Notes under the pieces: model-generated
The model's input: only the letters and a program-made list of their open reading frames with translations
Databases searched by the model: none
What the model was told of the DNA's origin: nothing
Program-made: the position numbers and the translations under genes
From: a bacterium
GTDB taxonomy: Bacteria; Zhuqueibacterota; Zhuqueibacteria; Residuimicrobiales; Krinioviventaceae
Assembly: GCA_963693055.1 (NCBI GenBank)
Contig: OY843751.1
Location: forward strand, 1 to 64,000
Direction of reading: 5' to 3'
DNA length: 64,000 nucleotides
Part shown: positions 1 to 10,278 of the stretch, in pieces
How the letters are laid out: every line of letters starts with the position of its first letter
How positions within the stretch are numbered: position 1 is the first letter of the stretch

Positions 1-213
1 ATTTTGGGAAATTATTCCCTTACCTTGGGCGCATTATTGATTTCCGTTTTTGTTGCATATAAATGGGGTGTCAAGTCGGTTTTTGGTGAGGTTGAAAAGG
101 AAAACAACCATTTTTATTTTAAATCTGCGTGGTCATTTTTAATTCGCTTCATTTGCCCGGTTGCAATACTCATGATTTTTGTTTATATTTTAGCAACGCG
201 AGATTATTTTTAA
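1..213 (+). CDS. C-terminal part of a sodium-dependent (NSS/SNF family) transporter, truncated by window start
   Basis: Hydrophobic helices with LGALLISVFVAYKWG and WSFLIRFICP patterns typical of the last helices of NSS transporters; frame open from base 1. Confidence 0.65.
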   Translation: MLGNYSLTLGALLISVFVAYKWGVKSVFGEVEKENNHFYFKSAWSFLIRFICPVAILMIFVYILATRDYF

Positions 214-214
214 A

Positions 215-574
215 ATGTCACGTTATTTAGCAATATTTCTGCTTTTTGTTGTCTCGGCGGCGTATTGCGAAACATATACAACTCCCGATTCTTTGCAAAC
301 CACGATTCAGGATCGATGGTTCGCTCCAGATAAAGCCCACCATTTTATTACCAGTGCCTATCTGGCGGCTTTGGGAAATTATGTTGCAAAAGAAGAGTTT
401 TCATTTTCCAGCCATTCCTCTAAAAGAGTGGCAGTAGGATTCTCATTTTCATTAGGACTTTTTAAAGAAATATATGACGGTACAATCAGAAAACGATATT
501 TTAGTTACAAAGATTTAGTTGCAGATTGTGCCGGTATCACAATTGGCCTTATTATATTAAATAATGTAGAGTAA
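215..574 (+). CDS. YfiM/DUF2279-like membrane or secreted protein
   Basis: Signal peptide; DKAHHF, KEIYD and SYKDLVAD motifs. Confidence 0.7.
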   Translation: MSRYLAIFLLFVVSAAYCETYTTPDSLQTTIQDRWFAPDKAHHFITSAYLAALGNYVAKEEFSFSSHSSKRVAVGFSFSLGLFKEIYDGTIRKRYFSYKDLVADCAGITIGLIILNNVE

Positions 575-580
575 AACCAT

Positions 581-2008
581 ATGAATCAACAGAGAGAACT
601 AGACAAGCCAGAATCCAACTGCGGTATTGTTGGAGTTTTTGGAGATAAAAACGCGGCCCATTACAGCTATCTGGGATTATATGCATTACAGCACAGGGGA
701 CAAGAGAGCTCGGGTATTGTAAGCAGTGACGGTGAACAAGTAAGACGTCATGTGGCCCAGGGATTGGTTTCTGATGTGTATTCTGATCCGAAAATATTTG
801 ATTACCTTCAAGGGCATATTGCTATTGGGCACAATCGATATTCTACAACAGGTTCAACCCATTTGATTAATGCTCAACCCTTGCTTCTGACTGGCAAAGA
901 TGGTCCTTTGGCTATAAGTCATAATGGCAATTTTACAAATTCCGGTGGTTTGAGAGAAAGCCTTGAACAAGAAGGGTCTATTTTTCAGACCACTACAGAT
1001 ACCGAAGTTGTTGCACACCTGATTGCACGATCAAAAAAAAGAAAGTTTTCTGCCAAGGTTATTGACGCATTGAACCAGATCCATGGAGCATTTTCATTGA
1101 TCATGTTGACCAAAGATCGTATCTTTGCTACCCGTGACCCTCATGGTGTTAGGCCTTTGTGTATTGGTAAAAAGGGTAATGCCTGGTTTGTTGTTTCAGA
1201 AACTTGTGCCCTGGATATTGTGAGAGCAGAATATGTTCGTGATGTTGAGCCGGGTGAATTGATTGAAATTAGTGCCGAAGGCTTGGTGTCTCATAAAGTT
1301 AATATGGGCAAGAAAAAGCATTCATGTATATTCGAATTTATATATTTTTCGAGACCCGATAGTATGATCTTTAATGAAAATGTGGACAAGGTCCGTAGAA
1401 AACTCGGTAAAAATTTGGCTTTAGAGCTGCCAACAGAAGCAGATATTGTAATCTCTGTTCCGGACTCGAGCAACACCGCTGCTGTTGGATTTTCTCGCAG
1501 ATCAAATATAAAATTCGAGCTGGGCCTCATCCGTAATCATTATATAGGCAGGACCTTTATCCATCCCAAACAAAATATGCGGGATTTCAGCGTACGTATA
1601 AAATTCAATGCAGTTCGCGGTATTTTAAAAGGCAGACGCGTTGTTGTGGTTGAAGACTCTATTGTTCGTGGAACAACACTACGTCAGTTGGTGAAATTGA
1701 TCCGTCAGGCAGGTGCCAAGGAAGTGCATATACGAGTCAGTTCTCCCCCTATAACTTCACCCTGTTTTTATGGTATGGATTTTCCAAGTAAAGAAGAGTT
1801 GATTGCTAACAACAGATCTGTTCAGGAAATTGGTGAATACCTGGGATGCGACAGTATTCACTACCTGTCAAAAGAAGGTCTGATGAGTTCAGTTTCTTCT
1901 GAAAATGGATTTTGTACCGCTTGTTTTACGGGAGATTATCCCATTCCTATTGAGGAAAAAATAGGCAAGTTTCAACATGAATCTGTAAAACAATCAAAAA
2001 ATTCCTGA
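581..2008 (+). CDS. purF: Amidophosphoribosyltransferase
   Basis: Propeptide then CGIVG; LQHRGQE, GHNRYST, PRPP-binding VVEDSIVRGTT, CFYGMD and C-terminal CTACF. Confidence 0.97.
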   Translation: MNQQRELDKPESNCGIVGVFGDKNAAHYSYLGLYALQHRGQESSGIVSSDGEQVRRHVAQGLVSDVYSDPKIFDYLQGHIAIGHNRYSTTGSTHLINAQPLLLTGKDGPLAISHNGNFTNSGGLRESLEQEGSIFQTTTDTEVVAHLIARSKKRKFSAKVIDALNQIHGAFSLIMLTKDRIFATRDPHGVRPLCIGKKGNAWFVVSETCALDIVRAEYVRDVEPGELIEISAEGLVSHKVNMGKKKHSCIFEFIYFSRPDSMIFNENVDKVRRKLGKNLALELPTEADIVISVPDSSNTAAVGFSRRSNIKFELGLIRNHYIGRTFIHPKQNMRDFSVRIKFNAVRGILKGRRVVVVEDSIVRGTTLRQLVKLIRQAGAKEVHIRVSSPPITSPCFYGMDFPSKEELIANNRSVQEIGEYLGCDSIHYLSKEGLMSSVSSENGFCTACFTGDYPIPIEEKIGKFQHESVKQSKNS

Positions 2009-2057
2009 TAACAGTATCTTTACATAAATGCGGGGGCCCCCGTACTGGTGGTTTTTT

Positions 2058-3017
2058 ATGAATAAGGGTTTGAAATTTCTGGACTATATTTTTGTATTAC
2101 GTCCAACATTGTTTTTTCCGGTTTGGACAATTGCGCTTGCCGGAGTATGGGCACAGAATCGTTTTGATTTATTATCTGCATCACAACCGGCCAGGCTGGT
2201 TGTGATTGCGGGTTATGATCTTTCCGTTTTTATCTATTTGGGTTTATTTACGCTTTTGATGGGAGCGGTTTTTCTTGTAAACCAGATTGAAGATGTTGAA
2301 ACTGACCGTTTAAATAAAAAGCTATTTCTCATTGCAAATGGTGATATTAAACTGGTCAACGCTTATATTGAAACTATTTTGTTGACTGTTTTGCCAATTG
2401 GCATTTTGGCATTTGTTTACTGGCCTTTGGCGGTTGTAATGATATTGGCCTATATTGTAATGGGTTGGATGTATAGCTGTAAACCATTGGTTATGAAAAA
2501 CAAACCCATTGGTGGTTTTTTGCCCAATTTTTTTGGTGGATTTATTGTATTTTCTTTTGGATGGATGATACAAGGTCAGCCACAATGGAATATGATATAT
2601 TATGGTGCTCCCTATATCCTGGGCATGATGGCAGTTTATTTTTACACCACCATACCCGATATAGAGGGTGACAAAGCCTCTGAAAAAATAACCGTAGCGG
2701 TAAAATATGGTGCCAGATCTGCAATATGGGGTGGTTTGATTTCAGATGTTATTGCCATTGTATTTGGAATATTAACTCGTGATATTATTGTGTTGATTCC
2801 TACGCTGTTGATTTTGCCGTTTTTTATATTTACAACCCTGAACCAGTCAGTCAAAAATATACTTACAACTAATAAATTTGCAGCGTTGTTTCTCTCATTG
2901 GTTATATGTTATCGGTTTCCAATGTATCTGGTATTAATAGTAATTGTATTCTATTTTTCAAAATGGTATTATAAAAAGAGATTTAATATTGTTTACCCAA
3001 GTTTGAGCATGAAATAA
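2058..3017 (+). CDS. UbiA-family prenyltransferase (DGGGP synthase-like or quinone prenyltransferase)
   Basis: Polytopic membrane protein with Asp-rich NQIEDVETD and PDIEGD motifs; start placed at ATG 2058 (2028 also possible). Confidence 0.85.
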   Translation: MNKGLKFLDYIFVLRPTLFFPVWTIALAGVWAQNRFDLLSASQPARLVVIAGYDLSVFIYLGLFTLLMGAVFLVNQIEDVETDRLNKKLFLIANGDIKLVNAYIETILLTVLPIGILAFVYWPLAVVMILAYIVMGWMYSCKPLVMKNKPIGGFLPNFFGGFIVFSFGWMIQGQPQWNMIYYGAPYILGMMAVYFYTTIPDIEGDKASEKITVAVKYGARSAIWGGLISDVIAIVFGILTRDIIVLIPTLLILPFFIFTTLNQSVKNILTTNKFAALFLSLVICYRFPMYLVLIVIVFYFSKWYYKKRFNIVYPSLSMK

Positions 3018-3027
3018 GGGATAACTT

Positions 3028-3210
3028 ATGAAAAAAATTATTTATAATCGTGATTTGTGCGATTTTTGTGGCACCTGTGTAGGTGTTTGTCCTCATGATG
3101 CAATTGAATTGTCAGAAAATGATCTGAAAATTACTGATAAATGTACGGTATGTATGAATTGTGTATACATCTGTCCTATACGCGCATTGGAGGCCCAAGA
3201 TGAAGAATAA
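3028..3210 (+). CDS. 2x[4Fe-4S] ferredoxin
   Basis: CDFCGTCVGVCP and CTVCMNCVYICP motifs in 60 aa. Confidence 0.93.
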   Translation: MKKIIYNRDLCDFCGTCVGVCPHDAIELSENDLKITDKCTVCMNCVYICPIRALEAQDEE

Positions 3211-4372
3211 ATATGATGTCATAGTCGTTGGTGCGGGTCCTGCAGGTTCTTCGGCAGCTCGTTTTGCAGCCCAATCGGGAGCGTCTGTATTGATGCTTGA
3301 AAAAGACCGTGAAGTGGGTGTTCCTGTGCGATGCGCGGAAGGTGTTGGTGAAAAAGGTGTATTGACAGTTTTAGACAAGCTGGAGCCAGAGTGGATTGAG
3401 CAAAAAATAACCGGTGTAATGCTGTACTCGCCGTCAGGTTTGGAAGTAAAAGTTGATTCAAAAGAAGTTGGATATGTGTTGAATCGCAAAAGGTTTGATC
3501 AGGGACTGGCAGAGCTTGCAGCCAAAGAGGGTGCAGAGATAATAACAAAAGCTTATGTTTATGATCTCATCCTTAAAGATGGCAAAGTTGCGGGCGTCAA
3601 GGTAAAACATCTTGGCAACGAATATGAAATATTGGCTGATATTGTAATTGGTGCGGATGGTGTAGAGTCTCGCGTTGGTCGTTGGGCCGGTTTAAAAACC
3701 CGTGTTCCCATGAAAGATATGGAAACCTGCGCACAGTATACTGCGCAAAATATTGATCTGGATGAGAACTATTGTCATTTTTATTTTTCAAGCAGCATCG
3801 CCCCCAAAGGCTATTTGTGGGTGTTCCCTAAGGGGGAAGGGTTGGCAAATGTAGGATTGGGTATTTCAGGTGAGGCTTCAAAAGACAAGAGTGTTTACCA
3901 GTACCTTGACGAATTTATGAAAGAATATTTCCCTAACGCTGCAATAATAACAACTGTAGTTGGAGGCGATCCTTGCAGTTTGGAACAGGACAAAATTTAT
4001 GCTGATGGATTAATGCTGGTTGGCGATGCCGCAAGACAGGTGAACCCGGTTTCGGGTGGTGGTATTGTAAATGGTATGGTGGCCGGTAAATTTGCGGGTA
4101 TGGTTGCCGGCAAAGCAGTACAGGAAAAGAATTTTACAGCAAAGCGACTCAGCGAATATCAAAAATCATGGCATAATTCTGAAGGGAAAAAGAATAAAAT
4201 ATTTTATAAATTAAAAGAATTTGTGTATAATATGAGTGACAAAGATCTTGATGATACGGCCAAAGTAATTCTTGATTTGCCAATGGAAAAAAGAAGTATT
4301 TTAGGTCTGTTCAAATCAGCAATGGTCAAAAAACCATCATTAATTCTCGAGGCAATCAAAGTCTTTACCTAA
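3200..4372 (+). CDS. Geranylgeranyl reductase family flavoprotein, archaeal DGGGPL reductase-like
   Basis: YDVIVVGAGPAG, EK..VGVPVRCAEG, IGADG, PKGYLWVFP and GDAA..VNP..GGGI motifs; ATG 3200 preceded by GGAGG. Confidence 0.9.
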   Translation: MKNKYDVIVVGAGPAGSSAARFAAQSGASVLMLEKDREVGVPVRCAEGVGEKGVLTVLDKLEPEWIEQKITGVMLYSPSGLEVKVDSKEVGYVLNRKRFDQGLAELAAKEGAEIITKAYVYDLILKDGKVAGVKVKHLGNEYEILADIVIGADGVESRVGRWAGLKTRVPMKDMETCAQYTAQNIDLDENYCHFYFSSSIAPKGYLWVFPKGEGLANVGLGISGEASKDKSVYQYLDEFMKEYFPNAAIITTVVGGDPCSLEQDKIYADGLMLVGDAARQVNPVSGGGIVNGMVAGKFAGMVAGKAVQEKNFTAKRLSEYQKSWHNSEGKKNKIFYKLKEFVYNMSDKDLDDTAKVILDLPMEKRSILGLFKSAMVKKPSLILEAIKVFT

Positions 4373-4381
4373 GAGGGTTTT

Positions 4382-4993
4382 ATGAAATCCAGTATTAGGG
4401 AACTATTAGCAGAAGACAAGAATGTTTTTGGGCTACCGAATATTTTAACTTTGAGCCGATTGGGTTTTTTACCCTTTGTTTTGTATTTTTTATGGATGGG
4501 CACCGCAACAGGAGATCGGCTGGCTTTGTTGTTTATGCTGCTGGCCAGTTTTACCGATTTTCTGGATGGATTATTTGCCCGAAAATTGAACATGACGTCA
4601 CAATTGGGTCGATTGCTTGACCCATTGATTGACAAGCTGAGTGTAGCTTCGGTTATGCTACTTCTTGCCATGAAAAAGGGATTACCTGCCTGGTTTGTTG
4701 CCATTGTTATTGGCCGTGATCTTTTTATCCTTTTAGGCAGTATGCTGGTTATCAAGCGTAAAAGAACCATTATGGAATCCAACATGCCGGGAAAATTTAC
4801 AGCAGCATCTCTGGTGTTGGTCATCATCTTGTATACACTTCAGGTACCCATAGTTAAAGAAATAGCTTTATGGATATCCATCATTCTGATACCTTTTTCA
4901 TTATTAATCTACTTTTTTAATCATATGGACACCATTATCAGAAAATCTGTCAAGCTGAAAGAGAAAATTGAGAGTTTATATAATAGCAAGTAA
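4382..4993 (+). CDS. CDP-alcohol phosphatidyltransferase (PgsA-like)
   Basis: PNILTLSR and TDFLDGLFARK..TSQLGRLLDPLIDK signature. Confidence 0.9.
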   Translation: MKSSIRELLAEDKNVFGLPNILTLSRLGFLPFVLYFLWMGTATGDRLALLFMLLASFTDFLDGLFARKLNMTSQLGRLLDPLIDKLSVASVMLLLAMKKGLPAWFVAIVIGRDLFILLGSMLVIKRKRTIMESNMPGKFTAASLVLVIILYTLQVPIVKEIALWISIILIPFSLLIYFFNHMDTIIRKSVKLKEKIESLYNSK

Positions 4994-5004
4994 GGAAAAT
5001 AAAA

Positions 5005-5916
5005 TTGGGTTTAGCAGATAAATTAAAAAAAGGCCTTGCCAAGACAAAGGCCGGTTTTGTAGACAATATTCAAAATGTTGTAACACTGGGCAAAAAGATT
5101 GATCGGGATGTGCTGGAAGAACTAGAAGAGCTGTTGATCTTGAGCGATGTAGGTGTTGAAACATCGGAAAAGATTATTGAAAATCTTGAAGAAAAGAGCA
5201 AACGGGAGCCGATAAAATCATCAGATGATGTGACCAATCTCTTGAAAAGAGAGCTAGCGCAGGTATTCAAAGAACTTCCGGAACAATCTATTGATTTTGA
5301 TCAACGTCCGCATGTGATCAGTGTGATTGGAGTAAATGGTACCGGGAAAACAACAACGATCGGTAAACTTGCAAATATTCTTAAGCAACAAAACAAAAAA
5401 GTAATGCTGGCTGCCGCAGATACATTTAGAGCGGCTGCAATAGAGCAGTTGGGTGTTTGGGCAGAGCGTACAGGTTCTGACGTTATTCAACCCCAAACCG
5501 GGGCTGACCCGGCTTCTGTTGCGTATGATGCATACAATTCTGCTGTTGCCAAAGATATGGATGTGTTGATTATTGATACCGCAGGCAGACTTCATACCAA
5601 AGTGAATCTGATGGCTGAGCTGGATAAAATTCATCGGGTTGTTCAGCGGCAAAATCCAAACACCCCTCATGAGGTTCTGATGGTTATGGATGCTACCACC
5701 GGACAGAATGGATTGGTGCAGGCAAAGAAATTTGCAGAATCTGTAAATATTACAGGTATAGTTTTAACCAAACTGGACGGTACCGCCAAAGGCGGGATCG
5801 TTTTTTCTATAGTTAAAGAACTGGGCATACCGGTCCGTTATATTGGTTTAGGTGAGCAGATAGATGATTTGCAGGAATTTGATGCTGACCTTTTTGTAGA
5901 GGCATTGTTTCAGTGA
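5005..5916 (+). CDS. ftsY: Signal recognition particle receptor FtsY
   Basis: GVNGTGKTTTIGKLA, DTFRAAA, DTAGRL, TKLDGTAKGG; TTG start. Confidence 0.97.
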   Translation: MGLADKLKKGLAKTKAGFVDNIQNVVTLGKKIDRDVLEELEELLILSDVGVETSEKIIENLEEKSKREPIKSSDDVTNLLKRELAQVFKELPEQSIDFDQRPHVISVIGVNGTGKTTTIGKLANILKQQNKKVMLAAADTFRAAAIEQLGVWAERTGSDVIQPQTGADPASVAYDAYNSAVAKDMDVLIIDTAGRLHTKVNLMAELDKIHRVVQRQNPNTPHEVLMVMDATTGQNGLVQAKKFAESVNITGIVLTKLDGTAKGGIVFSIVKELGIPVRYIGLGEQIDDLQEFDADLFVEALFQ

Positions 5917-7202
5917 AACTATCATACATAAGTTTAGGGTGCCCCAAGAATGAGATCGATCTGGAGTTTATTCTGGGAGGAATTGGTGATGGGGTGGAGA
6001 TTGTCGATCTGGTTGAGCAGGCAGATGCTGTAATTATCAATACCTGTGCATTTATTGATGATGCCAAGCAGGAATCTATTGATAAAATTCTGGAGGCTGT
6101 TGAACAAAAAAAAGACAATCCCCAATTCAAAGTGTTTGTCTCAGGATGCTTACCTCAGAGATACAAAGACGAACTACGTAAAGAAATTCCCCAGGTTGAT
6201 GAATATTTTGATACAACCGAGATAACCACAACACTCAGAAATTTCAATAAAAGGCTGAACCTGCCCTATGTTGAGCAGTTGGATAGATTTCGTATAACGC
6301 CCTCTCATTTTGCGTATTTAAAGATAGCCGAAGGTTGTAATAATCGCTGCAGTTATTGTGCAATTCCTCTGATTAAAGGCGGTTTTGTGAGCAGACCGTA
6401 CAATAGTATTATAAATGAAGCGCAAAATCTGGTTTCGGCGGGAGTTCGTGAGATTATGCTGGTTGCGCAAGACACAACTATGTATGGCAGAGATCTCAAG
6501 CAATCAAACGGATTAGATACATTGCTCAGGGACCTGAATGATCTTGACGGTCTTGAATGGATCCGGTTGTTGTATACGCATCCCGCGCACTGGCAGGATT
6601 CATTTATACAAACTATAGCAGAACTTGATAAAGTGGTAAAATATATCGATTTGCCTGTTCAGCATATATCGGACTCCATTTTAAAAGCTATGGGCCGGAA
6701 CGTAACACGTAAACAAATAGAGTCTCTGGTTCGTCAAATGCGTAAAGAGATACCTGAACTAATGCTGCGTACTACGGTAATTACCGGGTATCCTGGTGAA
6801 ACGGAAGATAATTATCTGGAATTACTTGATTTTGTGCAGGAATTTAGATTTGAACGGCTTGGTGCATTTACATATTCACATGAAGAAGGTACACGTGCAT
6901 ATAAATTGTCGGATGATGTACCCGCGGATGTAAAAGAACAGCGCAAAAATGAAATAATGGAACTTCAAGCAGAGATAACGTATTTAAAGAATAAGGAGCT
7001 GATTGGTAAAAAGATTCCGGTAATTATTGATGAGATTGATACAGAGATTCATGCAGCGATTGGCAGAACACAATGGGATGCACCTGAAATAGACAACTCT
7101 GTATTAATACCTTTGCCCGTATCAGCAAAAATTGGTGATATTGTGAATGTACAAATCACTAATGCGGATATTTATGATTTGCATGCCAAGTTGTCGGAAT
7201 GA
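5913..7202 (+). CDS. rimO: Ribosomal protein S12 methylthiotransferase
   Basis: SLGCPKN, INTCAFI, radical SAM motif EGCNNRCSYCAIP, DAPEID and TRAM-like tail. Confidence 0.95.
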   Translation: MKLSYISLGCPKNEIDLEFILGGIGDGVEIVDLVEQADAVIINTCAFIDDAKQESIDKILEAVEQKKDNPQFKVFVSGCLPQRYKDELRKEIPQVDEYFDTTEITTTLRNFNKRLNLPYVEQLDRFRITPSHFAYLKIAEGCNNRCSYCAIPLIKGGFVSRPYNSIINEAQNLVSAGVREIMLVAQDTTMYGRDLKQSNGLDTLLRDLNDLDGLEWIRLLYTHPAHWQDSFIQTIAELDKVVKYIDLPVQHISDSILKAMGRNVTRKQIESLVRQMRKEIPELMLRTTVITGYPGETEDNYLELLDFVQEFRFERLGAFTYSHEEGTRAYKLSDDVPADVKEQRKNEIMELQAEITYLKNKELIGKKIPVIIDEIDTEIHAAIGRTQWDAPEIDNSVLIPLPVSAKIGDIVNVQITNADIYDLHAKLSE

Positions 7203-7206
7203 ACAC

Positions 7207-7235
7207 TTGAATGTGAATTGTTTTAATAGTATAAT
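7207..7235 (+). promoter_or_regulatory. Sigma70-type promoter for the GWxTD gene
   Basis: TTGAAT-N17-TATAAT directly upstream of 7269. Confidence 0.7.
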
Positions 7236-7268
7236 AGAGTATGGTTTTGTTGGTAAAAAGGTAATATT

Positions 7269-8552
7269 ATGAAAGTTATGAAAATAATATCTCTTATTGT
7301 GTTATTCTCTCTATCTGGAATATTTGCTCAGCCCAATATGACACGTACAACTGCCAGGGTAGAAATGCCTTATAATGTGGATGTTGTGAATGTTCAGGTG
7401 CCTGATAGTCCCGAATTGAGCAGGATAAACGTATACGTAGAAGTCAAGTATGATGATTTGCAATTTATCAAAAAAGACAGCGGTTTTGAAGCTAAATATG
7501 AAGTGACAATGGTCATTTATGATGATGACGAGTTCCAGGTTGACGGAAAAATTTGGAAAGAAGATTTGCTGGTTGAGCGATTTGATGAGACCAATTCACT
7601 GAATATGTACAGCTCTACGCATGCCCAGTTTGATCTGGAACCCGATGAATATATGGCTGCGGTTTCAGTTCAGGATCTTGAATCAGAAAAGACCCATGCG
7701 GTAAAATTTAAACTTGAATTGAGAGATTTTACAAAAGATAAAGTTATGTTGTCTGACATTGCGTATCTCAAAGATTTAGATGTTGATTCCGCGGGCATAA
7801 AAAGCATCTCTCCAACGGTTACAAATGTAGCCAAAGGTTTAAATTCCCCTGCTTTTGCATATTTTGAGATTTATAATCAGACCGATGCTGCCACCGCTGA
7901 AATTAAATACGAGATTGATGCAATAAATGCCAAGTTGGAATTAAAAGACGAGTATTCTATTGATTTGACAGGCAGCCGTACACTTGCTTCAATAGAATTG
8001 CCTATAGATTCTTTACCCCCGGATGGATATGAATTCAGGCTTGAAGTAAAAGCCGACGGTAAAAAAGCAAAGGAAGAGAAAAACTTTTTTATCCGGATGG
8101 AAGGATTACCCGGAACCGCTCAAAACCTGGAAATGGCAATTCGTCAGATAGAGTATATTGCAACTCCGGGAGAGTGGAAGTTGTTGAAAAAAGCCCCGGA
8201 TGATCAAAAAATGGATGAGTTTAAAAAGTTTTGGAAGCGTCATGATCCAACTCCGGGAACAGAAGTGAATGAGGCAATGGATGCGCATTATGGGCGTATT
8301 GAATTTGCGAACCGTTATTTTTCCGTAATGCAACGGGAAGGCTGGCGAACAGACCGGGGTATGCTATATGTGCTGCTGGGTCCACCGGATGATATTACAC
8401 GTGATCCGTATCCCAGTGATATGCGTCCCTGGGAGATCTGGAATTATTACAGATTGAACCGCAGATTTGAATTTGTAGACAAGACCGGCTTTGGCGATTA
8501 CCGTTTTTATTATCCTCAATCCATGTATGAATTACAGATGTATTTAAGATAA
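7269..8552 (+). CDS. GWxTD domain-containing secreted protein
   Basis: Signal peptide; FWKRHDPTPGT..NE and GWRTDRG..Y..LGPPD motifs. Confidence 0.9.
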   Translation: MKVMKIISLIVLFSLSGIFAQPNMTRTTARVEMPYNVDVVNVQVPDSPELSRINVYVEVKYDDLQFIKKDSGFEAKYEVTMVIYDDDEFQVDGKIWKEDLLVERFDETNSLNMYSSTHAQFDLEPDEYMAAVSVQDLESEKTHAVKFKLELRDFTKDKVMLSDIAYLKDLDVDSAGIKSISPTVTNVAKGLNSPAFAYFEIYNQTDAATAEIKYEIDAINAKLELKDEYSIDLTGSRTLASIELPIDSLPPDGYEFRLEVKADGKKAKEEKNFFIRMEGLPGTAQNLEMAIRQIEYIATPGEWKLLKKAPDDQKMDEFKKFWKRHDPTPGTEVNEAMDAHYGRIEFANRYFSVMQREGWRTDRGMLYVLLGPPDDITRDPYPSDMRPWEIWNYYRLNRRFEFVDKTGFGDYRFYYPQSMYELQMYLR

Positions 8553-8560
8553 AATTAACA

Positions 8561-8586
8561 AGGCCCGAAAATACCCTTTCGGGCCT
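8561..8586 (+). terminator. Stem-loop after the GWxTD gene
   Basis: AGGCCCGAAA/TTTCGGGCCT 10-bp stem; no strong U-tract. Confidence 0.45.
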
Positions 8587-8608
8587 GTCCATCCTTGAGA
8601 GACCGTTT

Positions 8609-9559
8609 GTGAAAATCAGAAAACCTGCTGCTTTAAAGCCCGGCGACAGCATTGGTGTTATTTCTCCTGCAAGTCCCTTGTTTGGGGAGAAATATGATGC
8701 ATTTTTAGAGGGTGTTGAATATTTAAAAAGCAGGGGGTATGAAATTGTTAAAGGCAGCAGTATTGCAGACAAGAATGGCTATCTGGCCGGCAGCGATCAG
8801 CAGCGCGCACACGATATTAACCGAATGTTCAGCGACCCGCAAATCAAAGTTATTTTAGCCTCCCGTGGTGGATATGGAACACCCCGAATTCTGAATGCAA
8901 TAGACTATAAAATTATACGTAAACAACCCAAGTGGCTGGTGGGATATAGTGATATAACCGCTCTTCAGTTGGCTTTGTTTAAAAAAGCTGGTTTGGTTTC
9001 TTTATCCGGGCCGATGGTAGCTGTGGATTTGAAAACCGGCATGGACACACTTTCTGAAAAATCTTTTTGGCATCAGCTGTCCGGCAGTTTGAATCCGGAA
9101 CTTTTTTTTTCAGATATAGGCGGGCCTGTCAAAGTATACCGGCAAGGTGTTGCCAGGGGACGCCTGATTGGCGGCTGCATGACTGTTTTGACGGGCTTGT
9201 TGGGCACAGCGTTTATGCCGAATTTTAAAAACAGTATTTTGTTTCTTGAAGATGTTGGTGAAGATCTGTATAAAATTGATCGATTGTTTGCGCAGTTGAA
9301 AAATTCGGGGGTATTGTACAAGATTAAGGGTTTAATTTTGGGACAGTTTAAGGATTGTGTTGATAAAATGTCTGACAATCCCGTAGATTTGGATGATATT
9401 ATTGAACATTATATAGCAGACCTGACTATTCCGGTAATAGGTAATGTTTTTTACGGTCATGCGGATATCAAGATTTCGCTGCCTTTGGGCATAGAATCTT
9501 TACTTGACACAAATCAGGAAAAATTAACATATATGGAGTCTTTAGTAAATGGCAGATAA
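8609..9559 (+). CDS. LD-carboxypeptidase (peptidase S66)
   Basis: SRGGYG, GYSDITAL, LFLEDVGE and FYGH motifs. Confidence 0.92.
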   Translation: MKIRKPAALKPGDSIGVISPASPLFGEKYDAFLEGVEYLKSRGYEIVKGSSIADKNGYLAGSDQQRAHDINRMFSDPQIKVILASRGGYGTPRILNAIDYKIIRKQPKWLVGYSDITALQLALFKKAGLVSLSGPMVAVDLKTGMDTLSEKSFWHQLSGSLNPELFFSDIGGPVKVYRQGVARGRLIGGCMTVLTGLLGTAFMPNFKNSILFLEDVGEDLYKIDRLFAQLKNSGVLYKIKGLILGQFKDCVDKMSDNPVDLDDIIEHYIADLTIPVIGNVFYGHADIKISLPLGIESLLDTNQEKLTYMESLVNGR

Positions 9560-10193
9560 AACCAATGCTCCTTTAAGAATTGCTGCTTTTGCTTCCGGCA
9601 GGGGATCAAATATAGCATCCATATTGAAGCACATTGAAGCTGGTGAGATAAACGCCAAAGTGGTTACGATTATTTGCAACAAATCAAAAGCGGGTGCAAT
9701 GGAGCTGGCAAAGCAGCACAATATTCCGTCTCATCATATTTCCCATACACACTTTGAAGATTTTAAAGCATTTTCTGACCACATGTTAAGTGTGCTGGAA
9801 CAATATGAAACCGATCTGGTTGTGCTGGCGGGTTATATGCGCAAAGTACCAATAGAGGTAGTCCGTGCATACAAGGGTAGAATGCTGAATATTCACCCGG
9901 CGTTATTACCATCCTTTGGCGGGCAAGGCTTGTATGGTAAAAATGTGCATCAGGCCGTTCTGGATTATGGCGCCAAAGTATCCGGTGCTACCGTGCATAT
10001 AGTAGATGAAGAGTACGATACCGGTCCCCCGGTTTGCCAGAAATGTGTACCGGTAAAATGTGATGATACGGTAGAAACCCTGCATCAGCGTGTTCTCAAG
10101 ATAGAGCATGAAATCTATCCGCAAGCCATCAAATATTTCGCTGACAGGTGCATCACAATAGACGGCAGGAAAGTCGTCATTAAAGACGACTGA
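9549..10193 (+). CDS. purN: Phosphoribosylglycinamide formyltransferase
   Basis: SGRGSN, LAGYM, NIHPALLPSFGG, GATVH..DEEYDTGP. Confidence 0.96.
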   Translation: MADKTNAPLRIAAFASGRGSNIASILKHIEAGEINAKVVTIICNKSKAGAMELAKQHNIPSHHISHTHFEDFKAFSDHMLSVLEQYETDLVVLAGYMRKVPIEVVRAYKGRMLNIHPALLPSFGGQGLYGKNVHQAVLDYGAKVSGATVHIVDEEYDTGPPVCQKCVPVKCDDTVETLHQRVLKIEHEIYPQAIKYFADRCITIDGRKVVIKDD

Positions 10194-10206
10194 GCAATGT
10201 GCGTTA

Positions 10207-10235
10207 TTGCATAAAGATGTATTTTTTACTATATT
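10207..10235 (+). promoter_or_regulatory. Sigma70-type promoter upstream of purH
   Basis: TTGCAT-N17-TATATT. Confidence 0.55.
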
Positions 10236-10278
10236 GGTAATTATTTAATACTGAAAATTATAAATAAAGGAGTTTCAG

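Noticed and set aside
10194-10278. ZMP/ZTP or purine riboswitch upstream of purH
   Set aside because: The region is short and AT-rich, is mostly explained by a promoter and RBS, and shows no aptamer structure.
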